From Pelomyxa schiedti (Eukaryota > Protista > Evosea), in assembly GCA_020536535.1 (NCBI GenBank), contig JAHLWZ010000498.1:27998-91997 (forward strand): DNA of 64,000 nt. The letters run 5' to 3'. A program made the position numbers and the translations under genes. The notes under the pieces are model-generated. The model was not told where the DNA came from and did no database searches. It worked only from the letters and a program-made list of their open reading frames with translations. This document shows positions 13,490 to 26,016 of this stretch, in pieces; position 1 is the stretch's first letter, and each line of letters begins with the position of its first letter.

Positions 13490-13860
13490 TTATATTGAAC
13501 GAACAATACCGATAAGAATGAAGACAACAGCTAGAATAGCAGTGGACTGCCACACATCCGCAGTATCAGGAACATTGGGTTCAACGTATCTTGGGGGGCG
13601 GGGTCGGAGCACTGTATTCACAGAGACGGTACGCTGCCGTCGTTGTTGTTCCCTCTCCCTCTCCATCTGGGCCATATCCATCTCCCTTTGCATCCTCATG
13701 CGCTCTTGCAACTCAAGCTGCCTGGCAATCTGCACATCCCTGAGCATCCTCATCGTCCGTGCAACTTCCTGCTGCCTAACCCGCTCTGGGTCATATACAA
13801 CCGCACGCATGCTCTCTTGTTGGCGCTGCTGCCAAGGATAGCAAGTTGTGGCCGGGGACC

Positions 13861-13891
<31 letters not shown>

Positions 13892-14197
13892 GGAAGAATA
13901 GGGGTCGCCCCAAGCACTCCCAATCTCGCCAAGTGGCTGGGGGAGGATCTGGCCGGGCGCGCGCGGCGTCGGCCTCGACTGAGGAGGAGGCAGGGGTCTG
14001 GCCGGCGTTCTGCCAAATCGAGGTGGAGCCGCCGCAGTCATCGTCGTCGTCGTAGCTAGCGTCGGCAGCGGCGGTGGGGCAGGCGCAAGCTTGGGCTGGA
14101 AGGGGAACGGCGGGATGCCAGGCAGTGGAGGAAGCCCCTCGGCGTGGACCCTGCGATAGTCACTCGTATTCAGGGGGGTCGAGGTGGGATTCGACAT
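13490..14197 (-). CDS. Pro/Ser-rich hypothetical protein with coiled coil and C-terminal TM helix (tail-anchored)
   Basis: Intronless 235-aa ORF; C-terminal TAILAVVFILIGIVRSI; DVQIARQLELQE resembles a MIU-type motif. Confidence 0.6.
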
Positions 14198-14932
14198 GGT
14201 GATTACTCGAGGGTTTGTGTGGCGGCGGGTGCTGCGGTGTCGCCTTTTGTTTGGAGTTTTTGGTGTTGATGGGGCTTTTTTTTTTTTGGTTTGTGTTTAA
14301 GGTGCAACTGCATGCCGATTTTGAAATCAAGCCAAGTCGACGAGTCCTTACATTTGTGTGATCAGTGTATTTGGAACACTCATGGATGTCTCGCCTTTGG
14401 TCCGTGTGAGTGCATGGCCTCGATTGAGAACACCTCATTTCGGGAACTACACATTTCCATAGTGCCAATATAGAATGGTTGCCTAGCGAGCACTGAAGCA
14501 GAGTCCGAGCTGCTGTGCCCCTTCAAACCCACCCTCACGGTTCGGGGAGGAGACTTCAAGCAGTGACCTCGCCCAACTCAAGCCGTAACAACACAACACC
14601 CAGTGACATCCCTCCGGCAGCAACGCCCCAAAGTAAAAAAAAAGTGGCCAAACGAAAAGTGCGTTCCACCGTGCGTGGTTGGTTATTTTTTCTCTTGATT
14701 CGGAATTCCTGGAATACGCGGTTTGCGTGATGGCCGGCCCTTCCTCTCCAGGAAGAATACAAATCACTGCAAAAATATTTACTTTCGTGTACGGATGGTT
14801 TTGCGAGATGATTTTCCTCGCATTTGGTAATTGTGGCTTGTTCTTTATTGTCAGGTGGTACACAAAATGATGGTGATGGATACCGCGAGCTAAATTGCAG
14901 AAGAGATGTTCCACAACGGTTACAACAAGCTC

Positions 14933-17147
14933 TCAAGGCCAGTGGGAACTTTGTTGCTCCACATAAAATCCAGCACTGAAGAGAGGTTCAGTGAGGTTTG
15001 TGCCCGATACCTTGGTGATATGTGAGGGATTGGTAGAGGTGGGAGTGAGCACACCAGTTGTATTTGCTGCCATTTGGATAAGTCATATCTGTGTAGTGAG
15101 AGGATGAGGGATGATGTTGGAATCGGTTGGCCTCTTCCAACTCCGGCAATTGGGAAAATCATGGTGAGGTTGCTTGCGAACGTTGGCGGCAGCAATGCAC
15201 TCACTAATATTCACGTTGATTTGCGGTAATGGAAGTGAATGGGTCATACCAGTAAATGAATCAAAGATACTGGTGGGATTATACAAGCAGTAAGGGTCGG
15301 TTTGCGGGCACTCTGGTTCACATTGTGGGTAGTCTGGAGGCACATTAGTAAATAGAAACATGTGACTTATGGTTGCTTTACCAGAACATGACATCAGAGC
15401 GCAACCCGCCACTGTTACGCCGTCAGGCGTTCCAGGGAGACCCGGCTTGTTAATTACAGTCACAGCAGCAACGTAAATTCCAGATTCGCTCGAGTCAGAA
15501 ACATGATACTCCACGTGACACCTTCAACGTTTCAGAATCTTGAAATTGGTGAGGTCCAAATACAGCTGAGTTCCGAATTTCGGTGAAGTGGCGTTGATAT
15601 CAATTACCCCAGACACTCCTTTTTCTGCATATATAACCTGGCAAGGAAAGGGTGTCCCCCCCATCTTGCAAGTGGTGGATTCAATTTGTTCTGAATCTCC
15701 AATTGGTAAAGAGGAAGCGGCACTGTGCTGTCTCGAATTCAAACCAGTGGGGTTTGAAGTGTGAATGGTAAGTGAGCCAACTAAAACTATAATGAAATAA
15801 GCACGAGTCAGGAGGAAAAAGAGACTACATTGGCGTTGGGGTCCAACATATGGCCCCAAAGAAGCAATGACAGTACCATTGGAGTATATTCCGCAACCAG
15901 TGTAATAGCCATTTGACGCAATTAGGTTGCTCTCATAAAACCATGACCACCCAGCCTACTCGAGGTAAGATTAGATTGGCACTAGAGTCACCTACTTGAG
16001 TTTCTGTAGAACTAATGAGAGGTGCAAGATCACCCATAACTTGGAGAATTAGCGAAGAAGATGAATAACGGGAGGGACATACACATGACCCATATGAAGT
16101 CTCTAACATTGAACGAAGAGTACTCGTAGCGTGTCGGCTGAGCGAAGTTGCCGTCATAACAAATCAATAATCCAAAGCGAACACCAAAATCTGTGTCAAA
16201 GAAAACAGGATCTGGGTTGACTGGTTGGTCAAACATATCCGCTTCATTTGCAAGGTGACTCTTTCGATACTTCGAAAGTAATTGTCCTGTTCTGGAAATT
16301 GCTTGAAGTGCAATTAACTAAGTCATACAAAACAGCGATTAATACTAACCAACTGCCACGTTGAATTGATAGTGCCCATCGAGAGGACAATCAGGGTCAC
16401 CTTCCACACATTCCTGGGTTACATGGTTAGGATACACTACAAGATATTTAAGGTTTACCATGATTTCTCCGAGATTGAACACAATATAGGTATTGTACTG
16501 TATGGCAGCACAGGACATCACTCGGAGTTGATAGTGGTCGTCCCCTGAGAACTCTGGGTCGGTGCATGGTACCACATAAGGGGAACCATTTTCAACATCG
16601 GGAATTTCCTGCATTGGTGATGGGGGTAATTACTTTCTCATCTCATCAGTAATTTTGCGAGTAATACCTCGCACCATGGTTGAACTGTGGTCCTGTTCAA
16701 ATCCCACGCTAGAAATCCCGTCCCACTCTCTGGGAACGCAGCTATGTCAAGGTTGGAAGCCTCAGACCCAGCAAGGTATTCCACTTTTCTTTCATTAGTT
16801 TTAATTGTTTACATTCTATCTAAGCATCCTCCAAAAGAATTCATCAAAGGGGCACCAATCACAGCCCCTAATCCCATAATTCACTAGCAACCACTATTCA
16901 TACTCATTCCATCACTCGTACCATAAGCGTCGATGTTCTTTTTCACAATAGCAGTGCCACTCATCAGAGGGTACGTCCCAAGTGGGTAATGCAACGCCGT
17001 GCCTGCACGATAGCTTCCCACAATTTTCTTTGTGGCACTGGCACCACCTTCATAGTTGGTGTTGGCCGTGCTCCTCCCACAATTTGCAGGGACGGTGCTC
17101 AATGCCAACACCACAAATACCAACCCAAATGCCACAGCACCAACCAT
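14933..17147 (-). CDS. Vanin/pantetheinase/biotinidase-family carbon-nitrogen hydrolase with signal peptide
   Basis: Signal peptide MVGAVAFGLVFVVLALS. Catalytic triad in LDIAAFPES (E), SKYRKSHL (K) and FGLLICYDGNF (C). CVEGDPDCPLDGHYQFNV and FDTDFGVRFG. The Vanin_C-like region ends EPLFSAGFYVEQQSSHWP*. Confidence 0.9.
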
Positions 17148-17314
17148 TCACCAAATATTACACAGAACCGACTCTTCTGTTGCTTTCCTTTTTTTTTCTT
17201 TTTACCCCAACCCCACAAAGACCTCATCGTCCAGCGGGAAAAAATGCCCCACACTACAGATCTTGAGACTTTTCATTATCCAGATTCTCCGTATCTTCGA
17301 ATAAGGAGAAAGTG

Positions 17315-19185
17315 ATGAGTGGGGACGACGACAGCACTACCTCGTCGCCATTCGATCTAGGCGTACTGGACTCGGACATTGATCTCGCCAATCTGTCCGC
17401 GACGCAGCAGTCACAGAAGAAACAAACACAACACACTCCCACAATTCCCTCCTCCCCAACAGCCCCACAAAACAACAACAACAACAACAAACAATGCCCC
17501 GGCGCCAACGCCGTTGATTCCGATGACGACGACCACGAAAGCAACGACGACAGTGAAGCCGAAGAAGACGGTCGTCGCCCGAATGTGAACACCAACGATG
17601 ACGAAAACGAGGCTGAGGAGTTTTGCCCCGTGTGTGGGTCGTTGGTCCCTGCGTCGGCTCTGGGCCGTCACTTGAAAGAATCTCACAAGTCGCCGCAATC
17701 AGGGAGCTCCGCCGCGGCCGCCAAATCCGCGGCGCCGACGCTCCCGGCCGCCGGGATCGACGATCGCGGAGCAGATTCGACTGCAGTTGCTATTGCTTTG
17801 GACACGTCAGATAGTATTGGAATGGGAAGTTCTGTTGATAGCAGTGGTATCACCTCTGTTGTGAGTGATGGCCGGAAACGTGGCAGTTCTGGAAAAGTCA
17901 AACTTGTGGGAAAGTCCAAGGCAATTCAATGTGATGATGGTGTTCAAGTCACAACTAACCACGCTGATAATGAGGGTAGTGGTGCTGAGCAACCACAACT
18001 TGATGCACAGCCCGGTGCAGATTCAGTGAGCTCTTCGGACCAGGTGATACTGGCTTCATCTCCAAAAAAGACCCCTCGAGTCATTGAAAGAATTGAATTG
18101 CATGATACAGAATCGGAGCCACCCCTTTTATTGAAAGCTCCTGCTGCACCACTGGGTGCTGATGTTCTGAACGACTCGACAGGGGAACCAAAAAGCCGGC
18201 AAAAAAGCAAAGAATCAAAGAAAAGCAAAACTAACGGCAAAGAACACAAGCATTCACACAAATCCTCGTCAAAAGATACTTCCAAGAAAAAGTCCTCCAA
18301 AGGTAAGACGAAAACTGACTCGAAGAAATCAGACAAGAAAAAGAAGGAGAGCACCAGTAAAGGCAAGGCCAACAAGAAAAAATCAGACAAGGACAAAAAA
18401 CACTCCAAAACTAAAGATAAGGACAAAAAGCACTCTAAAAGTAAAGACATCAAGAAAAAAGCTGCCAAACCCACTGAAAAATCCGAAAAAGACACAACAG
18501 CTTCCACTGGTACAGACACTCCGGAAATAGTATGTTATCAACCATCCCTCTTTTTCCCCCTACCAAAAGTACAAGGAGGTAAACGTTTTGGCAGGAACGA
18601 AACGCACGCCAGTAGATCCAATCACCGGGCCAAAACCAACCAAAACAAGGAAAATTAGTTCCATAACATCAGGCGATTCTTCCACTCTATCAGTACCCTC
18701 CGGCATCCACACATCATCAACGAAGTCCAGTTGTACTACAGTTTCATCTACTTCAGTCTCAAGCCCACTTTTCTCCACGCCCCTACACTCTGGTTCTGTT
18801 TCCTCTGGAGCACACAAACACTTTCCGTCCCCGAGCATGATTGGCAAAGACTTACTTCTCCAATCGAGAGGGGCTTCTAATTCAACAGTCCCAGCAAACA
18901 GTCCACCCTTATTCCACACCCCAAGCCTCACCCATGGGCTCCGCAAGCAAACCACAGAAAGGTGTGCACATTCCCTCCAATACACACCAAACCACCGGTT
19001 TCACATTGTACTTAAACACAAACAGTAGCACTGCAAAGAATTCTTCAGCCAAGAGCACACCGGCCCTAATGAAGTTTGTATCTGATTTCACTCGCAACGA
19101 ACTCCAGCGGTGTTGCACATCATCTGTTAGCAACAATCCCATCAACCTCTTTGGAGGTTCCAACAAGCAACCCTGTCAATGGTAA
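17315..19185 (+). CDS. Disordered Lys/Ser-rich protein with a UBZ/C2H2-like zinc finger
   Basis: 448-aa first exon with FCPVCGSLVPASALGRHLKESH (~17620-17690) and a K-rich tract; probable downstream exons within 18588-19028 and 19028-19185. Confidence 0.6.
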
Positions 19186-19363
19186 CTAACAGTCTCCCGT
19201 CATTACAAACACAATGCAAATGGTGAATAAACGAGTCAACGAACCAGAACTACATTATTTCGCTTTCCACAGAATTCCAGCGGTGGTCCGCCTGAGGTTT
19301 TTCTCAGATACTTGTAACAGGAAAGTAAATCAAAATTCAACTTGTGATTGAGAAGAAAAAAGA

Positions 19364-19939
19364 TTGAACAGCGAAGGGGTATTGGTGACTGTGACAGCGG
19401 TGTGTTTGAAGGAAAAGGGCAAATGGTGCGTTCATTACTGTGAGATGAATGTCTGTAGAGCACCAGAATGGTCTGAACGTGTCATTTTTTCGTCGTCGCC
19501 CTCTCTGTCCCACAAGTACGACTCCTTCCGTGCTTCCTGTTGTTGCAACAACGGCCGCCCCGGCGTTCTCGACAACAGCGGCCAAGACTCAGCAGCCCCC
19601 CCGCAGCCGCCGCCTCCGCCTCCCCCTCCCATAACGCCGTGCTGCGCCCCAGCTCCTCCCCCCCCGCGCATCAGCGGCGTCCTGTGCCCGGTCCGCAGCC
19701 TGGGCGACCTGGGGCCGTCGCCGCGCCGCTTCGTCGACTTCCTGCGGTCCGCCGGCCAGCGGGCGTGGCACGTGCTCCCCCTGCTGCGGCCGGCGCCGCC
19801 CGGCGACCCCTCGCCGTGCATGTCGTCGTCGGGCTTCGCGGCCGACGAGTCGCTGGTGTGGGGGCAGGGCGCGGCCGACAGGGTCGCGGAGGCTGGAGGT
19901 CCCGGGATCGAACCCGGCGCTGGGCATGAGGTGGTTTTC
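19364..19939 (+). CDS. 4-alpha-glucanotransferase/amylomaltase (GH77, MalQ/DPE1-like) N-terminal fragment, cut by assembly gap
   Basis: RISGVLCPVRSLGDLGPSPRRFVDFLRSAGQRAWHVLPLLRP...SPCMSSSGFAADESLV matches the GH77 N-terminus (SG(I/V)L..SL..GDLG...FVDFL..AGQ..WQ.LPL...SPY...S.FAGN). Confidence 0.75.
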
Positions 19940-20039
19940 NNNNNNNNNNNNNNNNNNNNNNNNNNNNNNNNNNNNNNNNNNNNNNNNNNNNNNNNNNNNN
20001 NNNNNNNNNNNNNNNNNNNNNNNNNNNNNNNNNNNNNNN
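19940..20039. other. Assembly gap (100 N)
   Basis: Run of N. Confidence 1.
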
Positions 20040-20205
20040 GAACGCAAAATTATCTCGTGATGGGAAGACCCGGCGATGAGACCCGTGGTCAGAAATCGGG
20101 AGCAGGGAATTGCTGTAATCTCGAAGCTAATTTTGAATACTGGTGAGGACTCGAAATGGGCGCGATTTAATAAGTTCGTGGGGATTTCTTTTGGTGAGTT
20201 GGGTT

Positions 20206-21081
20206 CTAACAGTTTTCACTGTGGTATAAGAGGGACTCCACAAGCTTTGCACCAAAGAGAGAATTACAAATAGAATTCATACTAGCAGCAGGCATACCTT
20301 TGAAATGTCGAGTGACAAAATGCAGTTTTCTAATAGCAAGTTACTCTCTTTAACTGCTTGATCTGACCGAATCGCAGCAGCGAAGCACTCCTTTGAAGCA
20401 GCTTCACATAGCATTATCTCAGCGGGACTTATAACAGTAAGACTTTTACAGAAAGTAGGAGTCTTATACCTGCGTGATGCTCTACGAGCAACTGCATCTT
20501 CCGCTACTCTACTAATATCCTGTTGTAGTGCAATCATCAAAGGACTTTTATGTGGCGAGGAGGTAGCAGTAGGTGTCACTTGTGAGGGAGCAACAGGTTG
20601 AGCAGTAGTGCCACGAGAGAGGCTATCATTATTTTGGTTATTGTGAGAAGTAGTTCGATGCTGGAGGATCAACCTCTTTGGATCACATCTTAGCTGTAAC
20701 ATGTGCATTGACTCCTTTGTGGACGAAGAAACAGCACGATGAAACATCCCCTGAGTGGTAGAGTTCACCTTTTAGGAAAGAAGGGTGAAAATGGGGCAGT
20801 GCTGGCATCAAGTATACCGAAACTCCTCGCTTCTTAGATCTTTGCTTTGGTGGGTGAGTATCCAATACGTCTGTTGTTACTTTCGAATTGTGGAGAGCAG
20901 CAGGAGAACTTCGGCCAGTGTTGGTGTTGGTATTCGAAGATCCACAGGGAGCAAACTCAGAGGGAACTTGCACATGGACAGCAGTACGATGGCTTTTTGT
21001 ACTCGTTGTAACTGGCTTTTCTTGTCTTTGGTGCAACAGGGCGTCTTTGAACTGCCGTAGTTTCTCACTGACCGGGTTCAT
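20206..21081 (-). CDS. Hypothetical protein, multi-exon
   Basis: ORFs 20683-21081 and 20277-20768 can be joined through a short intron; no recognisable domain. Confidence 0.4.
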
Positions 21082-21314
21082 GCTCCAAATCAGATCCGAT
21101 TTATGTCATTTTATGTTCGTCCCACAGGCACGTCTTCGTTCGGCACCAAGTGGCATCACTTCCCTGCAACGTTTAATCGTTAGCTTAGCAAAAAAAATCC
21201 CCTTCGTCTAAATACACGTTGTACAATAGATTTGGGATGTTTTGTGAAGAGGAAAGTGTGGGGTGAGAGAGTGGATGGTATGTATGAGAGAGGTGTGAGG
21301 TGAAAACAGGAATG

Positions 21315-22851
21315 TTAAGGTATGGAGGAAAAGTTGAAGTACTGCTCAGCTTCTTCCTTGGCCTCTTTTACTCTGGAATCCACATCCTCACTTGCCCAGC
21401 TTCCAAAGGCAAAGTTGAACAGGAAGGACCCGTCAGGGTTTACGACGTTGGCGTGGCTCCAGTGTACCAGGATTGGCCCTTTGGGTGTATCTATTCTGTT
21501 GGAGAATGTTGTAGTTGTTCCATCCCGAGCGCCGCTCACAATCATAGGCCACTGCTTCCAAACATACTCGCGCTCAGCTTCAGCGACCCAGGTAGCGAAC
21601 CAATTATGCTTGCCGGCCTGTTCGCGGCTGAGAGCGAGTTGTGTTGCGCATGTTTCGTTGATGTGGATGGGAATTCCGTCCTGGAGTTTAGGTTACAAAG
21701 GTGAATTGAACGCCGGCGTGCATTTACCTCATCAAGGATGATACCCATTATATCACTAGCACTGTCAATAACCACTCTCAAAAAGTCCAGAACGGCTTTT
21801 TATGCGGTAATGTAAGTTGATAGAATCGTAATATAGTAAAGGAATTACCTTTTGGTGTTTGTGGGATAGGAGGGTGGTATGGAATTTGCAGTAGGAAATT
21901 CACAGTCATCAAACTTGGCTTCTCTGGTCCCAGACCTCCATTCCTCCTACTCTTTCTCCTCTTCACTACTCCACGTAAAGTGGGGCTGCTAGAAGGGAAG
22001 TGCTTGTGGAGTATATTTTCCATCTGCGGCAAGCCAGCCAGAACTAAAGCGTTACCTTCAGATGAAGGGCTGGTCCAATCCACCATTTGTTGTCCACTTT
22101 CACTTAGAGGTAAGGAGCAAGTAGAACAATGCGAAGAGCCGGTGGATGACGAGGCTGCAGAAGGTGATAAAGAGCGGCATGCACATGCACTCGAAGAAAG
22201 CGGAGTAGGAGGCGAAACCGATCCGGAATTCTGCGGAGTAATAGAACTTGAACTGGATAAATCAGGCTGAGAAGAAGAAGCCTCAGGCTTGATAGCGCGA
22301 GGATGTGCAGTGACCACGTATTCGGTAGTCGATTCCACATCAGGTGAGGACCCGCATGGAGGCAAATCATCAGGCATGCCATTATTGTTAGTATTATTAA
22401 TAATAATGTCCCCGTTGAGGGCGTTCTGGTCGTCCATCAGTGCCGATTCGAACGCGGAGGGGTTTTTGCGTTGCTGCGGCGTTGATGTTGCCGGCGCCGG
22501 TTGAAGTCCCTGGCCTAGCTTTTGATGCCGCTGAGCCTCTTCGTGCTGAGCGACGTGGCGAAGGAGCGACGAGCTGTGGCGGAGGTAGTGGGGGTCGAGG
22601 TCGGCGCTGTCCAGCGACTTATGGGACGACGGCGACGTGATGGTGGTCGTGGTGGTGATGATCACCGGGCGCCCGTTGGAATACGAAGTTGTCGTTGTCG
22701 TGGTCGTCGTCGACGCAGTCGAGCCAGTCTTGCTGCACGTAGACGACGTCGACAGGGGAATGGTGCCTGTAGGAGAAAGTGGTGCTGACACCGGGACTGG
22801 TATTGGTATTGGTACTACTGGTAGTAGTGCTGCTGGTACTGCTGCTTCCAT
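21315..22851 (-). CDS. Low-complexity protein with NLS-like motif and C-terminal PAS domain
   Basis: Spliced C-terminus FLRVVIDSASDIMGIILDEDGIPIHINETCATQLALSREQAGKHNWFATWVAEAEREYV...FSNRIDTPKGPILVHWSHANVVNPDGSFLFNFAFGS follows the PAS/PAC pattern; upstream VKRRKSRR. Confidence 0.78.
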
Positions 22852-23243
22852 GTGTGGTTGTTCGTTATTACGATATTTGGAGTGAATAGGTTTTTTGTTT
22901 GCCTTTAAAAAGCGGGTTGAAACGAAAAGCATTTCCTTAATTTTTTTCACCCAATCATCGTGCAGCTTCTTCACTGTTTGATGGTGATCTGTGTTTCTCC
23001 ACGGGACTTCCCGGTGATCTCTTTCCGGTGTCGCGGAAAGCCCAAAAAAAATGCGATTTCCCGAAAAGCGACAAAGAAATTACACGAACAGCACGTTGCC
23101 CTTCCCATAACTGGCAACTCACCCAATGAACTCTTCTTACTCGGTAGTGAACCAATCAAGAACGTGCACTCAGCAACGTCAGTGAACTCTTTTTCTTCTT
23201 TTAGTTTCGTGATAACTTGTTCTTTTCTTTTTTTCTGCCCTGT

Positions 23244-24058
23244 TTAGCTTACGTGGTGGCGTTTCGTCCGCTTCTTTCCGGCCGACGGTTGCGTGGGTGT
23301 TGTTCTTCTTGATGATGATGTAGTCATGTGCTGGATGTAGAAGGAGGCAAAGAGGGCCGATAGTACAACTGTGGTGATTCCGGCTGTGATTACGGCAACA
23401 AGCACCGGCACTTGGTTGTTGGTGATGGCGTTCCACAGCACTTGGACAAAGGGGTAGGGGAACTTGCCGTATGCAAAGTAGGATGAGAACATGACGCAGA
23501 CAAAGGCGCCGTGATACAGAAGCATAGCGGCTACTACTGTGCCGTAGCTCCATTTGGGTGTCATTGCAGTGTCCCCAACGACGGGCTCCAGGAGCAAAAG
23601 TACGAACGGTATAAGGTGCATCATCACCATCAAATTCATTGGCACATTCTGCCCTTGTTCAATCAAGTTGCCTAATAGGCAGAGGTATTAGGGAAATAAT
23701 CATGGCGTGTGGAGTATTGAACGGCGTTCAAATTTTAAAAGAGTGGTCACTTCGTACCTGTGTTGTTTGTCAGCAGGGCCCAAAATGCAATTGTAACAAC
23801 GCAGTTTGCCGACAACGCAATGTAGTAAAACCACCCAAGGTTGCGAGATTTGCCTTTTCCTCCCATAAGCAGCTTTCCTAGCATCATTGCGAAGTGGAGC
23901 ATAGCGGACGCGACGCCCCAGTTGGTCAGAAACGTCGGCAACACGCGCAACGGAAACGCGTCGCTTGTCCACCACACAAGTACGCCAAACGCGGATCCGC
24001 AATTGAGGAGACCCAGAGCACACACACAACAGTGCAACAGCCACGTCACTCGAACCAT
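23244..24058 (-). CDS. FAR-17a/AIG1-like multipass membrane threonine hydrolase
   Basis: FLTNWG (catalytic Thr position), VTIAFWALL, MHLIPFVLLLLE (His position), GKFPYPF; about 6 TM helices; one intron near 23670-23745. Confidence 0.8.
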
Positions 24059-24368
24059 CGTTGATCTTGATCTTCCTATCCCCGGCGAGATTGGGTCTGT
24101 TTGATACTTGCTTTTGTGTTGGTTTTATGTAATAAATTGGGCACATTGCCGCCCAAATTAGCAGATATTAGATACATTTGACACCATTCACCTGAGACTT
24201 GGCATTCCCAGGACGTCCATACGCCCATACCGAAGCTAAAACAAAAAAGGGAGTCAAACCAGAGAGAATCTTGTTGGTTTTGTTTGGTAACTGTTCCCAT
24301 AACGGGTTTAGAATTGCTTTGAGGAACGATGGTGGCAATGTTGAAATGAGAGTCAAGGCAGTGCCACT

Positions 24369-25427
24369 CTAATAGGCGTCAACGCCACACAGGCTCACAA
24401 TGACACGAAGGAATTCAAACAAATCCTCTTCCACAGAACATGGCCAATCAGCAAGTGTCATCAGTTGTTGCATTTCTTCAGACTCCAGAACTTCGTCATC
24501 ACGGTATTCATCAATATTCTCCCTCCATTGCTCAGGCGTTCCATGAATCAAATGAACCCACGGATCATCGAGGTAGTCTGCGTCCAGTATTTTCTTTGGA
24601 GGTCGGGGTGGTGCTGGCCCACCAGTATCAACACAACAGAATCCCATTTGGAGGCAGCTTGTGTCACCCTCGGAATCCCAGTCTGGAACAATGTGAACTT
24701 TTCCGTTGCAGAAGACGAACACATTCTTGGTGTTGTCCAGTGAGGGGAACCAAATGGCTCCAAAGGAATACTGCTTGTAGATGTTATCAGTCTCACACTT
24801 CCTGGGGCGCTCCTCATACTTTCTCTTCTTTGTGCTCATTATGCGCCTCACCCTTGGTTTGAAGGCATCCAGTTTGGCTTTGGTCTTCTCATCAGCAGTG
24901 TGCACGTAGCACCTTTGTAAAGACTCTGGCGTCGATGTCGCCACCTTCCATTGCCACTCCCGTTCATCCACATAATGCTTCAAAAACGCAAGGCAGCATC
25001 TCCCTTCGGCCAACTGACACCCCAACTTGGCTGCGGCGCATCCCCCGGCCGCATCGTCGTCGTCATCGTGACGAGTCCGTCGAGTCGAGCTATCCGCGGT
25101 TCTGCACAAGGTCCTCACACGGAAAGACATGCAGGATCTCTCGCAAGCAGCCAAGCACGCGCGTGAGCACAGCGCCAAGTTCAAAACGGGACCGAAGCTT
25201 GAGCCGTCGGGACTTGGAGGGAGCGCGATGAATGACACAATGTGGTCCATCACTTGCGGTGGCATGACGACGTCCAGCCCAGGACCAACGGCGCGACGTC
25301 GATACTTGGCATCCACCCCTGTGTTCCATTCCCTTTTTGTTAGAGACAAACAAACGAGGAGGTAAATATTACGAGGTCTCTTTGCCGGCAGCTGACGATC
25401 CGGTGTCGCGTCACCTTCGTCGGACAT
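24369..25427 (-). CDS. Intronless hypothetical protein with divergent F-box-like motif
   Basis: 352-aa ORF; MPPQVMDHIVSFIALP...LNLALCSRACLAAC resembles an F-box. Confidence 0.6.
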   Translation of the reverse strand: MSDEGDATPDRQLPAKRPRNIYLLVCLSLTKREWNTGVDAKYRRRAVGPGLDVVMPPQVMDHIVSFIALPPSPDGSSFGPVLNLALCSRACLAACERSCMSFRVRTLCRTADSSTRRTRHDDDDDAAGGCAAAKLGCQLAEGRCCLAFLKHYVDEREWQWKVATSTPESLQRCYVHTADEKTKAKLDAFKPRVRRIMSTKKRKYEERPRKCETDNIYKQYSFGAIWFPSLDNTKNVFVFCNGKVHIVPDWDSEGDTSCLQMGFCCVDTGGPAPPRPPKKILDADYLDDPWVHLIHGTPEQWRENIDEYRDDEVLESEEMQQLMTLADWPCSVEEDLFEFLRVIVSLCGVDAY

Positions 25428-26016
25428 CTTGGTTGTTGTTTATGCAAAAACCTTATTGGCTTGTGCTTGGTCTTCAAGAGGAGACTTACGGTAAGCTTAT
25501 TGTTTGAAGTGCAAAAAGAAACCAAAAAGGGCATATCTGGAGCCCAAGCACAAGCAAGCAGGAGGAACACTCTGGGGGGTCTCAACCCCCCAAGTAAGTG
25601 CCCCAATCAAATTACGTTCCACTCTTCTGACTTCCCTTCACATATACTCTGGTGAACTTGAGGATCCTTCAGGAACAAACACCGCACACAGGTAAATTCA
25701 ACCCCCACTTATAAACAACACTCACTTTTCCCCAGAGAGGCTGAGGCTGAGGCTGAGGCTGATTCCGCAGATGAAGATGATTACGACCTACGATTTTTCC
25801 GGCTCTTTGCGGTTCTTGAGGCTCTTTCTCTGAGTTCTTACGCTCTTTCCGCACCAACACCCACCCTCCAGCAGTCTTGTTACCCCACATTCGCCGTTAC
25901 AATAAAAAAGACTTTTTCTCTACACATGCATTTTTTCAACAGAAAAAAATTACTGGCACAATTTTATGGGGCAAATCTTTATGTACAATGGTTTTGTTAT
26001 GGGGGACCAATGGTGT

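Noticed and set aside
13861-13895. Short tandem repeats (acgagg)n; also (ggctga)n at ~25738 and (gggaaa)n at ~34305
   Set aside because: Microsatellite or codon repeats with no spacers; not CRISPR-like.
19893-19939. tRNA-like 3' half (ggaggtcccgggatcgaacccgg...tttt, B-box match)
   Set aside because: The T-arm does not pair with a 7-nt loop, no D arm or acceptor 5' strand lies upstream, and it sits in a GC-rich ORF beside a gap.
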